From positions 124,001-188,000 of IMG/VR virus record IMGVR_UViG_3300042387_000948: a stretch of DNA of 64,000 bases. One strand, written 5' to 3'. This document shows, in pieces, positions 49,186-59,287 of the stretch. The notes beneath the pieces were generated by a model. That model did not search any database. It was not told the DNA's origin and saw nothing but the letters and a program-made list of their open reading frames with translations. The translations under genes were made by a program, and so were the position numbers. Numbering within the stretch: the first letter of the stretch is position 1; every line of letters starts with the position of its first letter.

Positions 49186-49647
49186 TTATACGCAATATAA
49201 TGTTATTAAATCTATCCTTTCACTATATACCATCACACGATGTATAGTAGTTGATACTCCAGCTGCACTTGACGCTCTCCACGTTATTGTTCTATTTCCT
49301 ACATCCCAATAAGACCAATCTGTACTACCAGCATTAAATTCTAGTTGATATGCAACAAAATTTGCAGCACCATTACCTGTTGGGTTATCAATATTACCAT
49401 TTGATTGAACTCTCCATCCATGCGCAAAAGCTATCCATCGTATATCAGCCCCATTATTATGGGTAACAGTTTCCTCTTGTAGTGTTGAAAAATAAAATTC
49501 AGGATTTCCACCGGATACTTCTAATCTTAAACTACCAACAGTTTGATATGAACCTCCATTACTTTTTCCACAAACACATTCTTTCCATCCGCGTGTTGCA
49601 GATTGGGTACGTGTAATACCGTGTAATTGTCTGTTTAATAATCTCAT
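49186..49647 (-). CDS. Fibre-associated ~150-aa protein, paralog C
   Basis: LRLEVSGGNP, FNAGS. Confidence 0.6.
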   Translation of the reverse strand: MRLLNRQLHGITRTQSATRGWKECVCGKSNGGSYQTVGSLRLEVSGGNPEFYFSTLQEETVTHNNGADIRWIAFAHGWRVQSNGNIDNPTGNGAANFVAYQLEFNAGSTDWSYWDVGNRTITWRASSAAGVSTTIHRVMVYSERIDLITLYCV

Positions 49648-49650
49648 AGT

Positions 49651-50007
49651 TTATGGTATAATTGGGTCTTGCGTTTCCATTAAGGTAGGCAAACCATTCC
49701 ATGCTACATATTCTCTATTAGTAAATTGTTCATTAATAGCTCTTCTTAAACTAGCCTTTACATTAGCCATAGGTTCGCAGTTTTCTACCCAACTTATAAT
49801 TTCTTCTTCGGTTAGTTCATCGTAGGGTTTAAAGTTTTCAACATTTGGTGTATCAACCGGCACATCTGCTAATGCCCAATCAAACTTTGGTAATCCTGCA
49901 ATTTCCGCACTAACAATAAAATCAGCACTTACTACAATATCCTCCAATCCATCAAATGATTTTACTTTCTTGATTCCAACAAGTGTGTATGAATAATTTA
50001 TTTGCAT
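49651..50007 (-). CDS. Conserved tail-fibre-associated small protein
   Basis: YSYTLVGI...FKPYDELTEEEIISWV; paralog of the next gene. Confidence 0.65.
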   Translation of the reverse strand: MQINYSYTLVGIKKVKSFDGLEDIVVSADFIVSAEIAGLPKFDWALADVPVDTPNVENFKPYDELTEEEIISWVENCEPMANVKASLRRAINEQFTNREYVAWNGLPTLMETQDPIIP

Positions 50008-50013
50008 ATTTTA

Positions 50014-50412
50014 TTAATTAGTTGGTGTTAGTGGTTGTGGTGTTACACTAGAACCGCTTGTTGGTGACCATGGTAAATTAACATCACTAACTTCCGCAAT
50101 AGACAATTTACTTCTATTGATTTGTTTATCCATTTGTCCTTGAATATGGTCCCAATAATTTGTTACAGCCGAACTACTTACCGTATGTTTAATCCACCCT
50201 AATACTTGAGTTTCAGTTAAATTAGCATATTCAATGAAACTACCCGTATCAATTGTTTTTAAATCAAATGGAGTTGCTCCACTAAATTCACCAGTATTTC
50301 CATCCATATCGGTACAAATCACTTTCCATCTAGTTCCAATAACAGCATCATTGATACTATCGGAAGTTGCTTTTTTAATACCTGTTACAGACCATTCGTA
50401 GGTATATCCCAT
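50014..50412 (-). CDS. Conserved tail-fibre-associated small protein
   Basis: YTYEWSVTGI...FIEYANLTETQVLGWI. Confidence 0.65.
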   Translation of the reverse strand: MGYTYEWSVTGIKKATSDSINDAVIGTRWKVICTDMDGNTGEFSGATPFDLKTIDTGSFIEYANLTETQVLGWIKHTVSSSAVTNYWDHIQGQMDKQINRSKLSIAEVSDVNLPWSPTSGSSVTPQPLTPTN

Positions 50413-50471
50413 AATTTTATTCGTTTATTATATATTATAAATATAGTTATTTTTTATTTTTATTGTAAACA

Positions 50472-53400
50472 TTACTTACCCAATAATGCCTTTAATTCAT
50501 TTATTTGTTGTTGTTGTTCTTTTATTGCCTCAATTAGTAATGCCGTTATTCTTCCATAAGATACCGAATCTGCTTCTCCAGATTTTGTAAAGTTAATAAT
50601 TTCAGGAACAATATCTGCAACTTCTTCCGCAATTACACCAATTTCAGTATCATCCGAACCTTTTCTATTGTAAGTTACACCTCTTAATAATAATACTTTA
50701 TCCAATGATTTATTTAAACTAACTACATTTTCTTTATATCTAATAGATGATGTTTCTGTCAATGATATACAATTCAGTACATTTAAGTTTGTTGTACCAT
50801 CCGGGTCACAATAATACCCACTATTATTTGAATCATAAATTATAGTTGACCAGAATACACCTGAACTTTCGTTCAAGCCATACATTGCTATTTTATACCA
50901 AGCACGTTTTGTATTCCAATAAGATGTATGCCATAAACCTTGAATAGGTCCACCAACTATTTGGATACCATATCCGTTATTATACCCAGCTACATAGTGA
51001 TGGGCCTGAACACCTACATAGTGAGATGTATCACCAGGAGAGTTTGGAATACCACCCCAAGTATCAATAAATCCAGACCCCCAACCAAATGCAGAAATAA
51101 AATCGGTTGTACCCCAACCCATTGTACCTACCCAATAGTTAGAATCTCCAGTATAATCGTTTCTTCTAAAGTTACCTTTGGCTGTCAAACCAATTCTCAT
51201 TTTAGAGTAATCATCAGTTCCTTGCCATCTAGTAGTACCATTTCCATCAAAATAGAATCCGGTATCACTTCTGTCATAAAATATAGCTGAGCGAATATCT
51301 CCCGTATTAATGTATGAACCATCGTTTACGGTTAATGGTACGTTAAAGTAAAAATTAGGTCTATCAGTGTACATGTGTGCATGTCCACTATTCGCAGGTC
51401 CAAACCAAATATATCCATCATTTGTTCTAAATCTAACTCCCCATGTACTTTCCCCATCAAATCTACCAGTATTAGTTGATGTACCAAATCTTAGTTGATT
51501 AAATATAGATGTAGATAACGGGTCTGCGTAATATCCAGTATTATCTCTATCATAAAATATTGGTGCTCTCATCGAATCTCTAGCAAACATATTACCAGAA
51601 GTATCTATACCACCAACCGTTTGACCTGCAGCTTCCGAATAAAAATGGAAAGATTCAGTTCCCACTAATTGCGATGTTACTCTTTTACCAACATACCAAC
51701 CACTACCACTACCACCATTATAACGAACCATAGCTTCGTATCCATTTCCTGGATTGATATAAAGGTATTTGTTTGATGCACCGGTAATAGTTAAATCCCA
51801 AAGAACAGATGTTGAACGAGGGTCTGTATAATAACCGGTATCGTTACTATCGTAGAATATTGGTGCTCTTAATGAGTTACCACCCGTTGCGTAATTGTTA
51901 AATAATACAGTATTGTTTGGATACAACTCCATATTAGTAACTCTAGTACCAGATGTGTTAGTATTGTAGAAATATATATCCCCAGATGAAGCGAATCTCA
52001 TATAACCTTGTCCAAACGAAGTATTTAGTCTACCAAATCCAGAAGGAGAACCACCATCGTTTGTTACGTTATATCCAAATCCAGCTCCTTCCCAACTTAC
52101 ATTAGGTTCAGAACACCACATTTGCAGTTGTACAATACCAGTACCATTTCCATTATTTGCAGCAGGTAATCTATTAATTATTTGAGAAGTAGCATGTGCT
52201 CCACTATTTCTTATACCACCAAATAATTCGGTAAATGTTGCAGGGTCTACATAATAAGCAGTATTTGCCGAATCATAAAACGCAGTTGCATATAATCCAG
52301 TAGCGTTCCAATATCCTAATTCAGCTCTATTATAACGATAGAAATGTAATGCTCCTCCAGCTGCACCAGCTTCAGTTTTTCTGCCACCAATACCAGCATA
52401 TTCTCTAATTGTTCCACCACTATCTTTTAGTTGGAAATGTAAATTAGAACCTACTGATGTTGCTGAGTTATTGTGATTTGTTCTTGTTAAATGTAATGTA
52501 CCATATGTACCATCATCACTAAATGAAGTTCCACCTTTTCTCATATCAAACGCAACAGGTGTCGAATTTGATGTGTGCTCTAATATTACTTCATTTGCAT
52601 TACTAAAGTTTATTGCATTACCAGCGTTTGTTAAATTTAATGTAGCAAATGTTGGAGAATCGGTTGTTTGAATATTTTGATTCATTAAATGAACTTCAGT
52701 TGCACCAGGACCTGTGTTAATATTACCAGCTATTGTTAGTGTAGTACCATCAAATGTAAGATTACTTTCAACTGTTGCGTTTGGTGCAGTTCCGTTTAAT
52801 GTAATTACACCATTATCGGTTGTACCGGTTAAAGCAAGTACTCCAGACGTACCAGATGTACCAGCGCCAGATGTTCCAGACGTACCAGATGTACCAGCAC
52901 CAGATGTACCACTACTTCCAGATGAACCAGATGCGCCGGATGAACCAGATGCGCCGGATGCACCAGAAGTACCACTACTTCCACTACTTCCAGAAGAACC
53001 AGATGCGCCGGATGCACCACTACTACCACTTGTACCACGTGTACCAGACGTACCTGATGTGCCTGAAGTACCACTTGTACCAGAAGTTCCGGATGAACCA
53101 GAAGTTCCGGATGAACCAGAAGTACCACCAGAACCAGAAGTACCAGCTGCGGCTAACCAAGCTGAACCATTATATCGATATATGTTTGTATCTGAAGTAT
53201 TGTAATATATTTGTCCAGCTTTTGTACCAACAGGATTTGTTGCGAATGCTGGAATTCTCAATGAACCACTTATATCCACCGAACCAGTAAATTCTTGTGT
53301 ATCATTTGTTGCATCACCAAATTTATTTGAACCAGATGAGTAAATTAAAGATGATGAAATAAATTGTACTAATATTTGTTGTGCTCGGATTGTACCACCA

Positions 53401-56400
53401 ACAGTTAAGTTACCACTAAGGGTTTCGTTTCCAGTAATAGTAGAATTACCCACTAAAGTTTGAGTTCCAATAACATTTAAGTTTTGAACTCTAGTACTAC
53501 CACTTACATCTAATGCAAATGTTGTTGATGGGTTTTGATTTATACCTAAACTACCAGTAATTATTGTATGTGCGGTTGATATTACAGTATTTCTACCACC
53601 AATAATATCAACTTTCTTTAAATTAGTATTATTTAATAAAGATGTTGGTTGGGTTGCTTGTGCAGTTAGTGTTGTAACTGAACTACCTCTTGTCAAATAT
53701 ACATTAAAAGTTCCGGCAGCACTAGTACAAGCCTGCACAAACACCCATATTTCAGGATTAGTTGCACTTGCAGTATCACCTACTATAAAACTATTTATAG
53801 TTGTATTATTTAATCTACTATATGGATGTACAATTATATCAGTTCCCTGATTATATGCCCCCACTATAAAAGTCACTTCACCACCATATCCATTATTATC
53901 CCAACTACTTTCAATATAAGTTGATAATGTTTGTTGACCATAAGTTGTGTATGAATTATGTATTCTTATATAAGCAGCGGGGTCTCCGGGATTTCTAACT
54001 AATGTTAATTTTGTATTATAAACATTACCACCTCTAATGTACTCACCAGTTATACCTCTGATTATTGTTACATCATTTCGTAATCTAGTAGAACCACTAA
54101 CATCTAATGTAAATCCACCATTTACAGTTGAACCAACGGTTAAGTTACCACTAATGGTTTCGTTTCCAGTTACCGCAAGAGTTGTACCATTAAATGTTAA
54201 GTTTGCCTCAACACTTGCGTTTGGAGCAGTTCCGTTTAATGTAATTACACCATTATCAGTTGTACCTGTCAATGAAAGTAAACCAGAAGAACCAGAAGAA
54301 CCAGATGTACCGCTTGTACCGCTTGTTCCAGATGAACCACTACTTCCAGAAGAACCACTACTACCGCTTGTTCCGGAAGTACCTCGTGTCCCAGATGTTC
54401 CGGATGTTCCAGAAGTACCGCTTGTTCCAGAAGTTCCAGAAGTACCGCTTGTTCCACTAGCACCAGTTGCTCCAGAAGAACCACTACTTCCAGAAGAACC
54501 ACTACTTCCAGATGAACCACTACTACCGCTTGTTCCAGAAGTACCTCGTGTCCCAGATGTTCCAGAAGTTCCAGATGTACCGCTTGTACCACCAGTACCA
54601 GCAGTTCCCATTGTACCACTTGAACCAGATGTTCCAGAAGTACCAGATGTTCCACTTGTGCCGGAAGTACCACTACTACCGCTTGTTCCAGAAGTACCAC
54701 TTGTACCCCCACTACCAGATGTTCCGGCTGCTGCTAACCAAGTTGTACCATTGTATCGATATATGTTTGTATCAGCTGTGTTATAATATATTTGTCCAGC
54801 TTTTGTTCCCGTTGGGTTTGATGGATATGCTGGAATTCTTAATGAACCACTAATATCTACCGAACCAGTGAATTCTTGTGTATCATTTGTTGCATCACCA
54901 AATTTGTTACTCCCACTTGCGTATATTAATGATGATGAAATATATTGTACTAATATTTGTTGTGCTCTGATTGTACCACCAACCGTTAAGTTGCCACTAA
55001 GGGTTTCATTTCCAGTTACCGTTAAAGTAGTACCATCGAATCTAAGATTAGCCTCCGCAGTTACGTTTGGAGATGCACCATTAAGAGTAATTACACCATT
55101 ATCGGTTGTACCACTTATAGATAATGCTCCAGAAGTACCAGATGTTCCGCTTGTACCGCTAGTACCAGATGTACCACTTGTACCCGAAGAACCTCCACTA
55201 CCAGCAGTTCCGTTTGTTCCACTTGAACCCGATGAACCACTACTTCCGCTTGAACCACTACTACCAGATGTTCCGCTTGAACCAGATGTTCCAGATGAAC
55301 CTCCACTTCCTGCAGTTCCGTTTGTTCCAGAAGAACCAGAAGAACCAGATGAACCAGATGTTCCGCTTGTTCCACTTGTTCCGCGTGTACCAGATGTACC
55401 ACTTGTTCCAGATGTTCCAGAAGAACCCCCACTACCAGCAGTTCCACTACCACCACCAGCTCCAGTTACACCACTACTACCACTCGTTCCAGATGTTCCA
55501 GATGTTCCACTTGAACCAGTAGTTCCAGAAGAACCACTACTACCTGATGAACCCGAAGTACCTACAGTTCCAGAAGAACCAGAAGTACCTGATGTACCCG
55601 AAGTACCAGCAGTTCCCGAAGAACCACTACTACCAGATGAACCACTACTACCAGATGAACCACCAGCTCCAGTTATACCACTTGTACCGGAAGTACCAGA
55701 TGTTCCACTTGTACCAGATGTTCCAGAAGTTGCGGATGTACCACTCGTTCCAGAAGAGCCAGTTGTACCAGATGAACCAGTTGTTCCACCACTACCAGAT
55801 GTACCAGATGAACCAGTAGTACCACTACTACCACTTGAACCAGAAGTTCCAGAAGTACCTCCACTACCAGATGTACCAGAAGAACCAGATGAACCAGATG
55901 AACCAGATGAACCAGATGTACCACCACTACCAGCAGTTCCTCTTGTACCACTACTACCGCTTGTTCCAGAAGTACCAGAAGTACCAGAAGTTCCGCTTGT
56001 TCCAGAAGAACCCCCACTACCAGATGTACCACCACTACCAGACGAACCATCCGTACCAGATGAACCAGATGAACCAGATGAACCACCACTACCGCTTGTA
56101 CCACCACTACCGCTTGTACCAGATGAACCACCACTACCGCTTGTTCCAGATGTTCCAGAAGTACCAGAAGTACCAGATGATGCAGCTGCAGTTCTTCTAC
56201 CAACCACACCAGTAGTTGTATTAAGTACTAAGAATTCTTGCGTTGTATTATCGGTAGTTACATTGGTATTATCAAATCTAACACTACCAGAAACTGCTAA
56301 ACTACCACTTATACCTAACGAACCTGTTATTTCTTGTTTATCGTTACTTGCATCACCAAATTTGTTTGAACCAGATGAAAAAATAATTGATGATGATATA

Positions 56401-57200
56401 TAAGTTACTTTTAATTCAGTTGCGTTTATTGTACCACCAACACTTAAATTTCCAGTTATTGTTTCATTACCAGTGATGGTTTGATTTCCAATCACACTTG
56501 AATTACCCACTAAAGTTTGAGAACCAGTTATTCTTAGTGCACCAGATATAAAAGTTGAACCACTTATATCAAATTGAGTTGTTGGTGTTTTTCTTATACC
56601 AACATTTCCACCACCATTTGCTAAAATTACATTAGATGTTGATGCCCTATTAAGATATAAATCTACATTTGTTGAATCTATTCTACCATTAGATGGTGTA
56701 ATTGCAATTGTTCTACCATTAGTAGTTGCGGTTATTGAAATTGAAGTATCGGGTGCGTTTACATTAATACCACCACTAACTATGTTTAAATTTCCACCAT
56801 TTATGTTTTCACTACCACTAATATTTAATGAACCACTTATCGTTGTATTTGTATTTACAACTAATCCTAAATTTGGTGAAATTACTGCTTGTGCTGAACC
56901 TGATTTAATTCTATCCAAATCACCAATTGAAGATGCATTGATATTCGTTAAACCACTACCATTTCCTGTAAATAATGATGCCGATACTGAACCACTAAAT
57001 TGTGAATTTGCATTTATTTGTAATGTTGCTCCGTTTGGAGTCCCAATTTGATAAGTTTGTACGGCCGAACCACTTAGTTTACCAACAACACTTACCGATT
57101 CTGAAGTAGCAGTTAAAATAGATGAACCACTTACAAAAAGTGATACACTATTTACACTATTTTGATTTAACCCATTGGGACTTTTACCGTTGAACTCCAT
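50472..57200 (-). CDS. Giant tail fibre (2242 aa) with GTS repeats and a C-terminal intramolecular chaperone (peptidase S74-like)
   Basis: [10 protein letters not shown] cleavage motif, [31 protein letters not shown] coiled coil. Confidence 0.9.
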   Translation of the reverse strand: MEFNGKSPNGLNQNSVNSVSLFVSGSSILTATSESVSVVGKLSGSAVQTYQIGTPNGATLQINANSQFSGSVSASLFTGNGSGLTNINASSIGDLDRIKSGSAQAVISPNLGLVVNTNTTISGSLNISGSENINGGNLNIVSGGINVNAPDTSISITATTNGRTIAITPSNGRIDSTNVDLYLNRASTSNVILANGGGNVGIRKTPTTQFDISGSTFISGALRITGSQTLVGNSSVIGNQTITGNETITGNLSVGGTINATELKVTYISSSIIFSSGSNKFGDASNDKQEITGSLGISGSLAVSGSVRFDNTNVTTDNTTQEFLVLNTTTGVVGRRTAAASSGTSGTSGTSGTSGSGGSSGTSGSGGTSGSGGSSGSSGSSGTDGSSGSGGTSGSGGSSGTSGTSGTSGTSGTSGSSGTRGTAGSGGTSGSSGSSGSSGSSGTSGSGGTSGTSGSSGSSGTTGSSGTSGSGGTTGSSGTTGSSGTSGTSATSGTSGTSGTSGTSGTSGITGAGGSSGSSGSSGSSGSSGTAGTSGTSGTSGSSGTVGTSGSSGSSGSSGTTGSSGTSGTSGTSGSSGVTGAGGGSGTAGSGGSSGTSGTSGTSGTRGTSGTSGTSGSSGSSGSSGTNGTAGSGGSSGTSGSSGTSGSSGSSGSSGSSGSSGTNGTAGSGGSSGTSGTSGTSGTSGTSGTSGALSISGTTDNGVITLNGASPNVTAEANLRFDGTTLTVTGNETLSGNLTVGGTIRAQQILVQYISSSLIYASGSNKFGDATNDTQEFTGSVDISGSLRIPAYPSNPTGTKAGQIYYNTADTNIYRYNGTTWLAAAGTSGSGGTSGTSGTSGSSGTSGTSGTSGTSGTSGSSGTMGTAGTGGTSGTSGTSGTSGTRGTSGTSGSSGSSGSSGSSGSSGSSGATGASGTSGTSGTSGTSGTSGTSGTSGTRGTSGTSGSSGSSGSSGSSGTSGTSGTSGSSGSSGLLSLTGTTDNGVITLNGTAPNASVEANLTFNGTTLAVTGNETISGNLTVGSTVNGGFTLDVSGSTRLRNDVTIIRGITGEYIRGGNVYNTKLTLVRNPGDPAAYIRIHNSYTTYGQQTLSTYIESSWDNNGYGGEVTFIVGAYNQGTDIIVHPYSRLNNTTINSFIVGDTASATNPEIWVFVQACTSAAGTFNVYLTRGSSVTTLTAQATQPTSLLNNTNLKKVDIIGGRNTVISTAHTIITGSLGINQNPSTTFALDVSGSTRVQNLNVIGTQTLVGNSTITGNETLSGNLTVGGTIRAQQILVQFISSSLIYSSGSNKFGDATNDTQEFTGSVDISGSLRIPAFATNPVGTKAGQIYYNTSDTNIYRYNGSAWLAAAGTSGSGGTSGSSGTSGSSGTSGTSGTSGTSGTSGTRGTSGSSGASGASGSSGSSGSSGTSGASGASGSSGASGSSGSSGTSGAGTSGTSGTSGAGTSGTSGVLALTGTTDNGVITLNGTAPNATVESNLTFDGTTLTIAGNINTGPGATEVHLMNQNIQTTDSPTFATLNLTNAGNAINFSNANEVILEHTSNSTPVAFDMRKGGTSFSDDGTYGTLHLTRTNHNNSATSVGSNLHFQLKDSGGTIREYAGIGGRKTEAGAAGGALHFYRYNRAELGYWNATGLYATAFYDSANTAYYVDPATFTELFGGIRNSGAHATSQIINRLPAANNGNGTGIVQLQMWCSEPNVSWEGAGFGYNVTNDGGSPSGFGRLNTSFGQGYMRFASSGDIYFYNTNTSGTRVTNMELYPNNTVLFNNYATGGNSLRAPIFYDSNDTGYYTDPRSTSVLWDLTITGASNKYLYINPGNGYEAMVRYNGGSGSGWYVGKRVTSQLVGTESFHFYSEAAGQTVGGIDTSGNMFARDSMRAPIFYDRDNTGYYADPLSTSIFNQLRFGTSTNTGRFDGESTWGVRFRTNDGYIWFGPANSGHAHMYTDRPNFYFNVPLTVNDGSYINTGDIRSAIFYDRSDTGFYFDGNGTTRWQGTDDYSKMRIGLTAKGNFRRNDYTGDSNYWVGTMGWGTTDFISAFGWGSGFIDTWGGIPNSPGDTSHYVGVQAHHYVAGYNNGYGIQIVGGPIQGLWHTSYWNTKRAWYKIAMYGLNESSGVFWSTIIYDSNNSGYYCDPDGTTNLNVLNCISLTETSSIRYKENVVSLNKSLDKVLLLRGVTYNRKGSDDTEIGVIAEEVADIVPEIINFTKSGEADSVSYGRITALLIEAIKEQQQQINELKALLGK
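52845..56180 (-). repeat. Gly-X-Y (GTS/GSS) repeat blocks within the 2242-aa fibre
   Basis: Three blocks at about 55130-56180, 54290-54730 and 52845-53150. Confidence 0.9.
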
Positions 57201-57219
57201 TCAATTATGTTTTTTTATT

Positions 57220-57552
57220 TTATGTCAATTCTAATATTGAAACAATCACATCTGCTGAATTAGCTAATGAGGATGTTACCGAAAGTAAATCATTTGCTTC
57301 CATTACCACTTTTTGTTCTCCACCAACTAATACCGTTGAACCACCCTGTACAATTAAAGCATCTTTTACTAAAAATACTGCTTTATTTGCCGAAGTATCT
57401 CTCAACATTACACTAACCGATATGTTTTGTGAAGCTACATTAGCCACATTTACACCAATTACCGTTGTTGTAGTTGCAGATGGTACAGTGTACACCCCAA
57501 CTCCCGTTGAACCAATTGAACCAGTTATACTATTTTTAAATATATTTGCCAT
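57220..57552 (-). CDS. Small conserved virion-region protein
   Basis: 110 aa beta sandwich-like; VYTVP...IGVNVANV...VSILE. Confidence 0.65.
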   Translation of the reverse strand: MANIFKNSITGSIGSTGVGVYTVPSATTTTVIGVNVANVASQNISVSVMLRDTSANKAVFLVKDALIVQGGSTVLVGGEQKVVMEANDLLSVTSSLANSADVIVSILELT

Positions 57553-57558
57553 CTTTTT

Positions 57559-57888
57559 TTATCCTAATGCAATAGCAAAAGCTAATGCGGTATCTAATAC
57601 GTTTACACCATCTACTTGAAATTGTCCTCCATCAATTACATTTATACTACCTTGAACTTGCTCCGAACCACTTATAAACACAGAACCAGTAATTCTTTGT
57701 CTATCCGTTGATAATGTACCAACAGTTATTGTTCTTGTAACTGTTAAGTTTTCAAAAGTAGCAGTATTTACTTCAATTTGACCTTTAAATGAACCAGTAA
57801 AAGACCCAGTGAATGAACCACTTAAATTTGCATAGGCATTTGCCGATTGAATTATCGAACCCGAAAATATGGGACTTTGTATTTTCAT
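57559..57888 (-). CDS. Small virion-region protein with SGSF repeats
   Basis: LSGSFTGSFTGSFKG; ends ALAFAIALG. Confidence 0.65.
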   Translation of the reverse strand: MKIQSPIFSGSIIQSANAYANLSGSFTGSFTGSFKGQIEVNTATFENLTVTRTITVGTLSTDRQRITGSVFISGSEQVQGSINVIDGGQFQVDGVNVLDTALAFAIALG

Positions 57889-57934
57889 TTAATAGTTTGT
57901 AATGTTATAGATATAAATATAAGTTATCTATCTT

Positions 57935-58408
57935 TTATGGTTTCTCCGGCCAAACTATACTGAAAGGGTCTGATTGATTTGTAATATCTCTCAAATCTTG
58001 TCTATATGATTGGTAGGAAGTTTTAATACTTTCAGAAACATCCGATAATTGTGTCCAATCACACTCTGATAATAACTGATTTCTTAATTCTCTAATTTCA
58101 CTCCATTTTATTGCTAATCTTAATTCTTTTTCAGAATTAGAAGCATCTATTTGTACCCAATTTTGATAATATATACCATCCGTTAAAGTTGGAGTACCTT
58201 CGGATATGTTTTTAGTATAATCGTTTGGTTTTTGGGTTTGAGTTACTTCAAATACACCAAAATCACTTAATATTTCAGTTGGTATGTTTAACGGAAATGT
58301 ATAAGTTTTATTATCCACTCTAAATTGTTTTAAAGAGTATGGGTATGTTATTTCATTATCTATTATTCTTAAATACATATTATTTGAAAGTTGATGGTAT
58401 TGATGCAA
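57935..58408 (-). CDS. Tail fibre assembly chaperone-like protein
   Basis: IRELRNQLLSECDWTQ...YRQDLRDIT...WPEKP. True start is probably the internal MYLRII. Confidence 0.8.
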   Translation of the reverse strand: MHQYHQLSNNMYLRIIDNEITYPYSLKQFRVDNKTYTFPLNIPTEILSDFGVFEVTQTQKPNDYTKNISEGTPTLTDGIYYQNWVQIDASNSEKELRLAIKWSEIRELRNQLLSECDWTQLSDVSESIKTSYQSYRQDLRDITNQSDPFSIVWPEKP

Positions 58409-59282
58409 AGTTAGTTAATCCAGTACAATTTCTAAATGCACCAGTTCCAAAAGGTGTTGGCGTTCTTAACCAAATTGTAGGAGCAGTTCCACTAATACTA
58501 TTTGTTGTAGATGTCATATAATACACATTTTGAAAAGTTGAAACCGCTGTATTAAAGGTAAATTGAATTACACCAGATGTTATTGCTGCACATTGTCTAA
58601 ATGTTTGTGAAAAGTTTACTACATCAGGACATAAATCAAATAAAGTCAAAGGTACGGTTGTTAATGATACACATCCGTAAAATGTAGATGTAAAATCAGT
58701 TGCTAAAGGTACATTATTAAACAATCCAGAAGGAACTGAAGTTATTTGGGTAAATGAAAATGCACTACTAAATATTTGTGCATTAGGTGAAAAATTAAAC
58801 ATATCAGATGGAATTGATGTTAATCCAGTTCTTGACATAAATCCCGTCCAATCAATCATTTCATCTAAACCATCATATCCACCAACTGCAGATAAAGATG
58901 CGGAGGATGGAATTGATGTTAAAAGATTACATCCTTGAAAGTTTAATCTTCTTAATCCATTTATACCAAATTGTACAATGGAAGTGTATAAACCACGATT
59001 AGATACACTATTATTCACAGTAAATGCGGGCATAAACCCACTTATACTTATTGTATATGAACCTATGGATACATAATTATGTGTTAATGCTATATCCGAT
59101 GATGATGTTATTACATCACTACTACCATCTCCCCAATCGACAACAAAATTTGGAGTCAATCCCTCATAATCAAAAATAGGTAATCTAAATGCTCTGTTGG
59201 CAGTTGTAGTTGTTATTGTAACCTTAAATGGAAACAATTCACTACCTTCACCCGATGATGTTAATCTTCTAAATATTCCCAT
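58380..59282 (-). CDS. PKD-like + BspA/DUF285-type leucine-rich repeat protein
   Basis: VDWGDGS; repeats LTSIPSDMF, ITSVPSGLF, LTTVPLTLF with FxxCxxL. Confidence 0.75.
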   Translation of the reverse strand: MGIFRRLTSSGEGSELFPFKVTITTTTANRAFRLPIFDYEGLTPNFVVDWGDGSSDVITSSSDIALTHNYVSIGSYTISISGFMPAFTVNNSVSNRGLYTSIVQFGINGLRRLNFQGCNLLTSIPSSASLSAVGGYDGLDEMIDWTGFMSRTGLTSIPSDMFNFSPNAQIFSSAFSFTQITSVPSGLFNNVPLATDFTSTFYGCVSLTTVPLTLFDLCPDVVNFSQTFRQCAAITSGVIQFTFNTAVSTFQNVYYMTSTTNSISGTAPTIWLRTPTPFGTGAFRNCTGLTNFASIPSTFK

Positions 59283-59287
59283 AACTT

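Noticed and set aside
52714-56403. Plus-strand Pro/Val/Asp/Glu-rich and Gln/Met-rich ORFs
   Set aside because: Antisense shadows of the 2242-aa fibre repeats.
50472-59282. Diversity-generating retroelement or invertible cassette acting on fibre/LRR genes
   Set aside because: No reverse transcriptase, recombinase, adenine-mismatched TR/VR pair or inverted gene is visible in the window.
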